From assembly GCA_964016885.1 (NCBI GenBank), contig OZ024741.1:410006001-410070000 (forward strand): 64,000 nucleotides of DNA, read 5' to 3'. The stretch comes from Eledone cirrhosa. Taxonomy: Eukaryota. A program made the translations under genes and the position numbers. Position 1 is the first letter of the stretch, and each line of letters starts with the position of its first letter. The notes beneath the pieces are model-generated. The model was not told where the DNA came from. It made no database searches and saw only the letters and a list, made by a program, of their open reading frames with translations. This document shows, piece by piece, positions 1-11,195 of this stretch.

Positions 1-3000
1 TATGACCATCACCATCCTGTCCTAGTGATGACAAACAGCCTCATTACACTGTGTTTCAGATGACCATCACCATAACCACCCTGTCCTAGAGATGACAAAC
101 AGCCTCATTACACTATGTTTTATATGACCATCACCATCCTGTCCTAGTGATGACAAACAGCCTCATTACACTGTGTTTTAGATGACCATCACCATAACCA
201 CCCTGTCCTAGTGATGACAAACAGCCTCATTACACTATGTTTTATATGACCATCACCATCCTGTCCTAGTGATGACAAACAGCCTCATTACACTGTGTTT
301 CAGATGACCATCACCATAACCACCCTGTCCTAGAGATGACAAACAGCCTCATTACACTATGTTTTATATGACCATCACCATCCTGTCCTAGTGATGACAA
401 ACAGCCTCATTACACTGTGTTTTAGATGACCATCACCATAACCACCCTGTCCTAGTGATGACAAACAGCCTCATTACACTATGTTTTATATGACCATCAC
501 CATCCTGTCCTAGTGATGACAAACAGCCTCATTACACTGTGTTTTAGATGACCATCACCATAACCACCCTGTCCTAGTGATGACAAACAGCCTCATTACA
601 CTATGTTTTATATGACCATCACCATCCTGTCCTAGTGATGACAAACAGCCTCATTACACTGTGTTTTAGATGACCATCACCATAACCATCCTGTCCTAGT
701 GATGACAAACAGCCTCATTACACTATGTTTTAGTTGACCATCACCATCACCCTCACCATCCTGTCCTAGTGATGACAAACAGCCTCATTACACTATGTTT
801 TAGATGACCATCACCATAACCATCCTGTCCTTGTGATGACAAACAGCCTCATTACACTGTGTTTTAGATGACATCACCATCCTGTCCCAGTGGTGAGAAA
901 CAGCCTCATTACGCTGTTTTAGATGACCATCACCATCACCATCACCATCCTGTCCTAGTGATGACAAACAGCCTCATTACGCTATGTTTTAGATGACCAT
1001 CACCATCACCATCCTGTCCTAGTGTTGACAAACAGCCTCATCACGCTATGTTTTAGATGACCACCACCATCACCATCCTGTCATAGTGGTGACAAACAGC
1101 CTAATTATGCTATGTTTTAGATGACCATCAACATCACCATCCTGTCCTAGTGATGACAAACAGCCTCATTACACTGTGTTTTAGATGACCATCACCATCA
1201 GTATCCTGTCCTAGTGATGACAAACAGCCTCATCACTCTGTGTTTTAGATGACTATCACCATCACCATCACCATCCTGTCCTAATGGTGAGAAACTGCCT
1301 CATTACTCTGTGTTTTAGATGACCATCACCATCACCATCCTGTCCTACTGATGACAAACAGCCTCATTACTCTATGTTTTAGATGACCATCACCATCCTG
1401 TCCTAGTGATGACCTTCAGCCTCATTATACTGTTTTAGATGACCATGACCATGACCATCACCATCCTGTCATAGTGGTGACAAACAGCCTCATTACGCTG
1501 TGGTTTAGATAACCATCACCATCACCATCCTCTCCTATTGATGACAAACAGTCTCATTACGCTATGTTTTAGATAACCATCACCATCACCATCCTGTCCT
1601 AGTGGTGACAAACAGCCTCATTACACTGTGATTTAGATGACCATCACCATCACCATCTCCATCCTGTCCTATTGATGACAAACAGCCTCATTACTCTATG
1701 TTTTAGATGACCATCACCATCCTGTCCTAGTGATGACAAACAGCCTCATTACGCTATGTTTTAGATGACCATCACCATCCTGTTCTAGTGATAACAAACA
1801 GCCTCATTACGCTATGTGTTAGATGACCATCACCATCACCATCTCCATCCTGTCCTATTGATGACAAACAGCCTCATAACACTATGTTTTAGATCACCAT
1901 CACCATCCTGTCCTAGTGATGACAATCAGTCTCATTACACTATGTTTTAGATGACCTTCACCATCACCATCCTGTCCTAGTGATGACAAACAGCCTCATA
2001 ACACTATGTTTTAGATGACCATCACCATCACCATCCTGTCCTAGTGATAACAAACAGCCTCATTACACTATTTTTTAGATGACCATCACCATCCTGTCCT
2101 AGTGATGATAAACAGCCTCATTGCAATATGTTTTAGATGACCATCACCATCACCATCACCATCCTGTCCTAGTGATGACAAAAAGCCTCATTACGCTATG
2201 TTTTAGAAGACCATCACCATCACCACCCTGTCCTAGTGATGACAAACAGCCTCATTGCAATATGTTTTAGATGACCATCACCATCACCATCCTGTCCTAG
2301 TGGTGACAAACAGCCTCAGCGTGCTATGTTTTAGATGACCATCACCATCACCATCCTGTCCTAGTGATGACAAACAGCCTCATCACTCTGTGTTTTAGAT
2401 GACCATCACCATCACCATCCTGTCCTAATGGTGACAAACAGCCTCATTACACTATGTTTTAGATGACGATCACCACCACCATCCTGTCCTAGTGATGACA
2501 AACAGCCTCATTACGCTATGTTTTAGATGACCATCACCATCCTGTCCTAGTGGTGACAAACAGCCTCATTACACTGTTTTAGATGACCATCACCATCCTG
2601 TCCTAATGATGACAAACAGCTTCATTACATTGTGTTTTAGATGACCATCACCATCACCATCCTGTCCTAGTGATGACAAACAGCATATTTACTCTATTTT
2701 TTAGATGACCATCACCATCACCATCACCACCCTGTCCTAGTGGTGACAAACAGCCTCATTACACTGTGTTTTAGATAACCATCACCATCACCATCACCAT
2801 CCTGTCCTAGTGATGACAAACAGCCTCATTACTCTCTGTTTTAGATAACCATCACCATCACCATTGTGTCCTAGTGGTGACAAATAGCCTCATTACTCTG
2901 TGTTTTAGATGACCATCACCATCACCATCCTGTCATAGTGATGACAAACAGCCTCATTACACTATGTTTTAGATGACCATGACCATGACCATCACCATCC

Positions 3001-6000
3001 TGTCCTAGTGATGACAAACAGCCTCATAACACTATGTTTTAGATGACCATCACCATCACCATCCTGCTCTAGTGATGACAAACAGCCTCATTACACTATA
3101 TTTTAGATGACCTTCACCATCACCATCCTGTCCTAGTGATGACAAACCGCCTCATAACACTATGTTTTAGATGACCATCACCATCACCATCACCATCCTG
3201 TCCTAATGATGACAAACAGCCTCATTACTCTATGTTTTAGATGACCATCACCATCAGTATCCTGTCCTAGTGATGACAAACAGCCTCATAACACTATGTT
3301 TTAGATGACCATCACCATCACCATCACCATCCTGCTCTAGTGATGACAAACAGCCTCATTACACTATGTTTTAGATGACCATCACCATAACCATCACCAT
3401 CCTGTCCTAGTGGTGACAAACAGCCTCATTACACTATGTTTTAGATGACCATCACCATCACCATCCTGTCCTAGTAGTGACAAACAGCCTCATGACGCTA
3501 TGTTTTAGATGACCTTCACCATCCTGTCCTAATGATGACAAACAGCTTCATTACATTGTGTTTTAGATGACCATCACCATCCTGTCCTAGTGGTGACAAA
3601 CAGCATCTTTACTCTATTTTTTAGATGACCATCACCATCCTGTCCTAGTGATGACAAACAGCCTCATTACTCTGTGTTTTAGATAACCATCACAATCACC
3701 ATTGTCTCCTAGTGGTGACAAATAGCCTCATTACTCTGTGTTTTAGATGACCATCACCATCACCATCCTTTCATAGTGATGACAAACAGCCTCATTACAC
3801 TATGTTTTAGATGACCATGACCATCACCATCCTGTCCTAGTGATGACAAACAGCCTCATTACGCTATGTTTTAGATCACCATCACCATCACCATCCTGTC
3901 CTAGTGATGACAAACAGCCTCTTTACTCTATGTTTTAGATGACCATCACCATCACAATCACCATCCTGTCCTAGGTATGACAAATAGCCTCATAACTCTA
4001 TGTTTTAGATGACCATCACCATCACCATCACCATCCTGTCCAAATGAGGATAAAAAGCCTCATTACACTGTGTTTTAGATGACCATCACCATCCTGTCCT
4101 AGTTGTGACAAACAGCCTCATTACTCTGTTTTAGATGACCATCACCATCCTGTCCTAGTAGTAACAAACAGCCTCATGATGCTATGCTTTAGATGACCTT
4201 CACCATCCTGTCCTAATGATGACAAACAGCCTCATTACATTGTGTTTTAGATGACCTTCACCATCACCATCCTGTCCTAGTGATGACAAACAGCCTCATA
4301 ACACTATGTTTTAGATGACCATCACCATCACCATCCTGTCCTAGTGATAACAAACATCCTCATTACACTATTTTTTAGATGACCATCACCATCACCATCC
4401 TGTCCTAGTGATGACAAACAGCCTCATTACGCTATGTTTTAGATGACCATCACCATCAACATCACCATCCTGTCCTAGTGATGACAAACAGCCTCATTAC
4501 GCTATGTTTTAGATGACCATCACCATCAACATCACCATCCTGTCCTAGTGATGACAAACAGTCTCATTTCACTGTGTTTTAGATGACCATCACCATCTTG
4601 TCCTAGTGATGACAAACAGCCTTATTTCACTGTGTTTTAGATGACCATCATCATCACCATCCTGTCCTAGTGATGACAAAAAGCCTCATTACGCTATGTT
4701 TTAGAAGACTATCACCATCCTGTCCTAGTGATGACAAACAGCCTCATTGCACTATGTTTTAGATGACCATCACCATCACCATCACCATCCTGTCCTAGTG
4801 GTGACAAACAGCCTCAGCGCGCTATGTTTTAGATGACCATCACCATCCTGTCCTAGTGATGACAAACAGCCTCAGCGTGCTATGTTTTAGATGACCATCA
4901 CCATCACCATCCTGTCCTAGTGATGACAAACAGCCTCATAACACTATGTTTTAGATGACCATGACCATCACCATCCTGTCCTAGTGATGACAAACAGCCT
5001 CATCGTGCTATGTTTTAGATGACCATCACCATCACCATCCTGTCCTAGTGATTACAAACAGCCTCATCACTCTGTGTTTTAGATGACCATCACCATCACC
5101 ATCACCATCCTGTCCTAGTGATGACAAACAGCCTCATTACGCTATGTTTTAGATGACCATCACCATAACCATCACCATCCTGTCCTAGTGATGACCATCA
5201 CCATCCTGTCCTAGTGGTGACAAACAGCCTAATTACACTATGTTTTAGATCACCATCACCATCCTGTCCTAGTAGTGACAAACAGCCTCATGACGCTATG
5301 TTTTAGATGACCATCACCATCAACATCACCATCCTGTCCTAGTGATGACAAACTGCCTCATTACTCTGTTTTAGATGACCATCACCATCAGCATCCTGTC
5401 CTAGTGATGACAAACAGCCTCATAACACTATGTTTTAGATGACCATCACCATCACCATCACCATCCTGTCCAAATGATGATAAAAAACCTCATTACACTG
5501 TGTTTTAGATGACCATCACCATCCTGTCCTAGTTGTGACAAACAGCCTCATTACACTATGTTTTAGATGACCATCACCATCACCATCCTGTCCTAGTAGT
5601 AACAAACAGCCTCCTGATGCTATGCTTTAGATGACCTTCACCATCCTGTCCTAATGATGACAAACAGCCTCATTACATTGTGTTTTAGATGACCATCACC
5701 ATCACCATCCTGTCCTAGTGGTGACAAACAGCCTCTTTACTCTATGTTTTAGATGACCATCACCATCACCATCACGTCCTAGTGTTGACAAACAGTCTCA
5801 TTACTCTGTGTTTTAGATGACCATCAGCATCCTGTCCTAGTGATGACAAACAGCCTCATTACTCCGTGTTTTAGATAACCATCACCATCACCATCGTGTC
5901 CTAATGGTGACAAATAGCCTCATTACTCTGTGTTTTAGATGACCATCACCATCACCATCCTGTCATAGTGATGACAAACAGCCTCATTACACTATGTTTT

Positions 6001-8530
6001 AGATGACCATCACCATCCTGTCCTAGTGATGACAAACAGCCTCATAACACTATGTTTTAGATGACCATCACCATCACCATCCTGCTCTAGTGATGACAAA
6101 CAGCCTCATTACGCTGTGTTTTAGATGACCATCACCATCCTGTCCTAGTGATGACAAACAGCCTCATTCCTCTGTGTTTTAGATGACCATCACCATCACC
6201 ATCCTGTCCTAGTGATGACAAACAGTCTCATTTCACTGTGTTTTAGATGACCATCACCATCTTGTCCTAGTGATGACAAACAGCCTCATTTCACTGTGTT
6301 TTAGATGACCATGACCATCACCATCCTGTCCTAGTGATGACAAACAGCCTCATTGCACTATGTTTTAGATGACCATCACCATCCTGTCCTAGTGGTGACA
6401 AACAGCCTCAGCGCGCTATGTTTTAGATGACCATGACCATGACCATCACCATCACCATCCTGTCCTAGTGGTGACAAACAGCCTCATTACGCCATGTTTT
6501 AGATGACCATCACCATCCTGTCCTAGTGATGACAAACAGCCTCATAACACTCTGTTTTAGATGACCATCACCATCACCATCCTGTCCTAGTGGTGACAAA
6601 CAGCCTCATCGTGCTATGTTTTAGATGACCATCACCATCCTGTCCTAGTGATTACAAACAGTCTCATCACTCTGTGTTTTAGATGACCATCACCATCACC
6701 TTCACCATCCTGTCCTAATGGTGACAAACAGCCTCATTACACTATGTTTTAGATGACCATCACCATCACCATCCTGTCCTAGTGATGACAAACAGCCTCA
6801 TTACGCTATGTTTTAGATGACCATCACCATAACCATCACCATCCTGTCCTAGTGATGACAAACAGCCTCATTACGCTATGTTTTAGATGACCATCACCAT
6901 CACCATCACCATCACCATCCTGTCCTAGTGGTGACAAACAGCCTCATGACGCTATGTTTTAGATGACCTTCACCATCCTGTCCTAATGATGACAAACAGC
7001 CTCATTACATTGTGTTTTAGATGACCATCACCATCCTGTCCTAGTGATGACAAACAGCATCTTTACTCTATTTTTTAGATGACCATCACCATCACCATCA
7101 CCATCCTGTCCTAGTGGTGACAAACAACCTCATTACACTGTGTTTTAGATAACCATCACCATCACCATCCTGTCCTAGTGATGACAAACACCCTCATTAC
7201 TCTGTGTTTTAGATAACCATCACCATCACCATTGTGTCCTAGTGGTGACAAATAGCCTCATTACTCTGTGTTTTTGATGACCATCACCATCCTGTCATAG
7301 TGATGACAAACAGCCTCATTACGCTATGTTTTAGATGACCATCACCATCACCATCACCATCCTGTCCTAGTGATGACAAACAGCCTTATTACGCTATGTT
7401 TTAGATCACCATCAACATCACCATCCTGTCCTAGTGATGACAAACAGCCTCTTTACTCTGTTTTAGATGACCATCACCATCACAATCACTATCCTGTCCT
7501 AGGTATGACAAACAGCCTCATAACACTATGTTTTAGATGACCATCACCATCACCATCACCATCCTGTCCAAATGATGATAAAAAGCCTCATTACACTGTG
7601 TTTTAGATGACCATCACCATCCTGTCCTAGTTATGACAAACAGCATCTTTACTCTATGTTTTAGATGACCATCACCATCACCATCCTGTCCTAGTGGTGA
7701 CAAACAGCCTCATTACACTGTGTTTTAAATAACCATCACCATCACCATCCTGTCCTAGTGATGACAAACAGCCTCATTACACTATGTTTTAGATGACCAT
7801 CACCATCACCATCACCACCCTGTCCTAGAGATGACAAACAGCCTCATTACGCTATGTTTTAGATGACCATCACCATCACCACCCTGTCCTAGTGGTGACA
7901 AACAGCCTCATTACACTATGTTTTAGATGACCATCACCATCACCATCCTGTCCTAGTAGTAACAAACAGCCTCATGATGCTATGTTTTAGATGACCATCA
8001 CCATCCTGTCCTAGTGGTGACAAACAGCCTCTTTACTCTATGTTTTAGATGACCATCACCATCACCATCACCATCCTGTCCTAGTGATGACAAACAGCCT
8101 CATTACTCTGTGTTTTAGATAACCATCACCATCACCATCACCATCCTGTCCTAGTGGTGACAAATAGCCTCATTACTCTGTGTTTTATATGAGCATCACC
8201 ATCACTATCCTGTCCTAGTGGTGACAAACAGCCTCATTACTCTGTATTTTAGATGACCATCACCATCACCATCCTGTCCTATTGATGACAAACAGCCTCA
8301 TTACACTGTGTTTTAGATGACCATCACCATCCTGTCATAGTGATGACAAACAGCCTCATTACACTGTGTTTTAGATGACCATCACCATCACCATCCTGTC
8401 CTAGTGTTGACAAACAGCCTCATTCCTGTGTGTTTTAGATGACCATCACCATCACCACCCTGTCCTAGTGATGACAAACAGCCTCATTACACTATGTTTT
8501 AGATGACCATCACCATCACTATCACCATCT
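1..8530. repeat. Minisatellite/satellite array, 58-bp core monomer plus variable CACCAT hexamers (58/64/70 bp), roughly 135 copies, runs off the left edge of the window
   Basis: The monomer GATGACCATCACCATCCTGTCCTAGTGATGACAAACAGCCTCATTACACTATGTTTTA repeats continuously, and length varies mainly in steps of 6 bp. The copy number is an estimate from length. Confidence 0.97.
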
Positions 8531-8905
8531 TATTCTTGCAGTGACAGAGAGAAACAATTGACAATTGTTTTGGGGTTATTGCCCTTTCTCAAGATTGTGT
8601 ATATCTCTCTCCTGTCACTCACTAGAACTCTTGAGAATATATAGCATTAAATTATACATCGGCTGATTAGCCTAATTTGCATACCAAGCAATTTTACGGC
8701 TGGCTTTGCCAAAAATTAAAAACAAAATTAGTTTTGTTCTAACATAGCGGCTACGTAAATGCTTGTGTGAGTTTAAGAAAGAAACACTCCTAGATATACA
8801 TCTACATTCATGTTATAAAGTGGTTGGTGATGGGAATCAGCAAAGCATCAGAAGGTGATCTACATGATAAACTAACCCATGCTAGCCTGGAAAAATAGAC
8901 TTTAA

Positions 8906-9090
8906 ATGATAATGATGATGGTGGTAATGAGGACGATGTTTGTGGTGGTGGTGGTGGTGATGGTGTTGATGATGATGGTAGTAGTAGTGGTGATGATGCT
9001 GATGTTGGTGGTGGTGGAGATGGTGGTGACGATGGTGGCGGTAGTAGTGAGGGTGGAGGTGGTAGTGATGATGATGGTGGTGATGATGGG
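8906..9090. repeat. Low-complexity (GAT/GGT)n trinucleotide tract, intronic
   Basis: Run of GAT/GGT/GTA triplets. It generates the spurious poly-M/V, poly-T and poly-P ORFs in the track. Confidence 0.9.
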
Positions 9091-9169
9091 CAAAGACCTA
9101 GACAAATGTGTTTTATGAAGGACAAGGTAATTTGGAATAATTTATTTAGAAGTATCTTGCCATACTTAC

Positions 9170-9321
9170 AACCTATGAGAAAGATGAGACTGGGCCTGGT
9201 TGTGTTGTAAAGGACTTGACGACAGTTCTTGAGGAAAATATCTTTAGGGTTTTGTATGGCCGAAGTATTGAAGCCAAACCCACAGCTGGACATGGAGTCG
9301 AGAGTAAGACGCTGGAAAATA
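9170..9321 (-). CDS. Cytochrome P450 (CYP3 clan) exon equivalent to CYP3A exon 7: (D)IFQRLTLDSMSSCGFGFNTSAIQNPKDIFLKNCRQVLYNTTRPSLIFLIG
   Basis: Acceptor tttttag| at 9323-9322 and donor |gtaagt at 9169. The exon is 152 bp, with a phase-2 start that completes GA|T (Asp) from the 58578 exon and a phase-1 end. The peptide resembles CYP3A '[29 protein letters not shown]'. Confidence 0.88.
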
Positions 9322-9395
9322 CTAAAAATTATAAGGTAGTGTTATATTAAAACAATCATAATAAAGTGAATATGGGAGTCTACTACACACATATA

Positions 9396-10287
9396 CAGGG
9401 TGTGGACGATATTTGTTCGCAATTTTCAATTGCTTATTTTATGCAATTTTTGTTTACTTCCGTTGTCACTCTTGTCTTCATAAAAACAGTGACTATATTT
9501 CCATTATTTATTTTCAGAATAATTGATTATGAATAATTTTGAACCTCCAAATTTGTGGAAGAGACACAGAGTTCTTCTTGGAATCCGCACCGGGAGGACA
9601 AATAAGACCAGAAGATCAACTCCCAGAACAACAGGTGGCTCGCTGTCTCATCCAAAGACGTGCCCAGATTCATGCAGACAAAATTTCCAGCGACAACATT
9701 GGTCTTAGGTGTCGTCAGCAGTTAAGGTGACGTCATGCCACCTCACTTCTTCCCTGAGGGCCTCGAGCTGAACACCGATGGCTACATCCACGTTCTGAGC
9801 GAGGTAGTAAAGCCCTGGATCGACCAGGTAACTGCAGGTAGGCCGTACGTGTGGCAGCAAGACTCAGCGCCCTGCCATACCAGCCAAAAGATCCAAGCCT
9901 GGCTGTCAGAGAACTTCATCGACCACACTTCACCTGACATCTGGTATCCCAGCTCGCCTGACTGCAACCCCCTCGACTTCTTTGTGTGGGGCGAAGTGGA
10001 ACGAGACACCAACAGATCTAGCTGCAATACGAAAGACGATCTGAAGGCCAAGATCACAAGTGCCTTTAGGGGCCTAAGTCGGGGGACAGTGACGAAGGCT
10101 TGTAGCCGGTTCCGAGGCCGCATTGAGGCTGTCATCAAAGCCAATGGCGGTTTTATCGAGTGATATCGAAAGAACAAGTCATGAAGACAAACTGACCCAA
10201 GTTTGATAAATATATCTTAAAAAATTAAACTACTGTCTTATTTTTTCCTGGACAGTAATCTTGCCAACAAATATCGTCCGCACCCTG
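9396..10287 (+). mobile_element. Tc1/mariner-superfamily DD37D (maT-type) transposon, internally deleted, non-autonomous
   Basis: 27-bp TIRs CAGGGTG(T/C)GGACGATATTTGTT(C/G)GCAA match 25/27, with TA on both flanks. The transposase N-terminus (9529-) is fused near 9606 to DQKINSQNNRW..., followed by an in-frame stop. ORF 9735-10163 carries QQDSAPCH...SPDCNPLD with 37 residues between the two Asp. Confidence 0.93.
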
Positions 10288-10322
10288 TAGATATATATAT
10301 ACACACCTATATATATATACAC

Positions 10323-10363
<41 letters not shown>

Positions 10364-10427
10364 CATGTAGGAATATATAAGTATGTCTACTATGTATGTA
10401 TATATATATATATGAATATATATATAT

Positions 10428-10643
10428 GTAAAAGGGAAACAGAAATAACAACACAATCGGTACAGTATATGGAAGGGATATATTAGGTTAATGCTTGATA
10501 TAGCAGGAAGAGGGTCTTAACGTTTCGGACGCTAGTCCTTCATCAGAAGAAAGAATGAGAAATAAGATAGATTGAGGGGACGGGTGGGATGGAATTGGAA
10601 AAAATGTCTTTTGATAAAAATAACAAGTCCATTCATGTTGACA
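10428..10643 (-). mobile_element. ~215-bp Penelope-like pLTR unit carrying a minimal hammerhead (copy 1)
   Basis: A close inverted copy lies at 14676-14890. The unit abuts a TA microsatellite and contains the minimal hammerhead motif typical of Penelope-like elements. Confidence 0.7.
10515..10550 (-). ncRNA. Minimal type I hammerhead ribozyme (Penelope type)
   Basis: The minus strand reads UCUU-CUGAUGA-A-GGAC-UAGC-GUCC-GAAAC-GUU-AAGA. Stem I is UCUU/AAGA, stem II is perfect, and stem III is a palindromic loopless AC/GU. Predicted cleavage is after GUU (10519/10518). Confidence 0.85.
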
Positions 10644-10772
10644 TCTCTTGCAAAACTGGTTGTGCTGGCGTTTTGTGTATAATTTATTTTATGAAGTAAC
10701 AGAGTCAGAAACTCGCGTTAGTCCCTGTAATTCATGAGTTCAAAGGATAAAGAATCCTGGGCTCTTCAAATA

Positions 10773-10791
10773 TAATATATAGAAGAAAACA

Positions 10792-10827
<36 letters not shown>

Positions 10828-11167
10828 TGTGTTACAGGGAATACCATCAGCGTATAGAACCTATAAACTAAGAAAGGTGAGGTAGATACTTTATAATTAA
10901 AAATATAAATTAGAATGAAACAACCCACCTTTATAACACACGTACAAACTCGGGGAGATTGTTTCACCAGAAATCAGTGTTAGAATCGTATTCCCCCAGG
11001 TTCATCAGAGTGTGTTAGGTGTATACATTTTACAGGTCCAAGAGAACTTAAAATAACTGACTTACAACACGTGGGAGAAAGAAATGCGTGTACAAGACAG
11101 TACGTTAGTGGTATCTCCTGTAACCAGATAAACACACACTCTCTCTCGTGTTTTCTTTTCTATATTA
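10773..11167. mobile_element. ~395-bp fold-back/MITE-like element with imperfect terminal inverted repeats enclosing a hammerhead ribozyme
   Basis: The left arm 10773-10854 (TAATATATAGAAGAAAACACACG(AG)nTGTGTGTTACAGGGAATACCATCAGCGTA) is the approximate reverse complement of the right arm 11101-11167. The flanks are TA-rich. Confidence 0.7.
10926..11021 (-). ncRNA. Full-length type I hammerhead ribozyme
   Basis: The minus strand reads CACC-UAACACAC-U-CUGAUGA-ACC...GGU-GAAA-CAAUCUC-CCC-GAGUUU-GUA-C-GUGUGUUA-UAAA-GGUG. The core is intact. Stem III has 7/8 pairs, stem I has 8 bp plus a UAAA bulge plus 4 bp, and stem II is closed by ACC/GGU. Predicted cleavage is after GUA (10943/10942). The first stem I pair is a U.C mismatch. 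Confidence 0.82.
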
Positions 11168-11195
11168 CACACACATATATAAATATATATATATA

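Noticed and set aside
1-8530. CRISPR-like or poly-His coding interpretation of the first array
   Set aside because: There are no unique spacers and no cas genes, and the context is eukaryotic. The 58-bp monomer shifts frame and contains stops, and the track shows no long ORF.
8640-8800. Possible next CYP exon (exon 8 equivalent)
   Set aside because: Candidate acceptors near 8787-8791 lead to immediate stops in the required phase, and I saw no P450-like peptide. The exon probably lies left of the window.
8808-9169. Pro/Ser-rich, poly-Thr and poly-Met/Val ORFs
   Set aside because: These are read-through of a GAT/GGT microsatellite beyond the exon donor at 9169.
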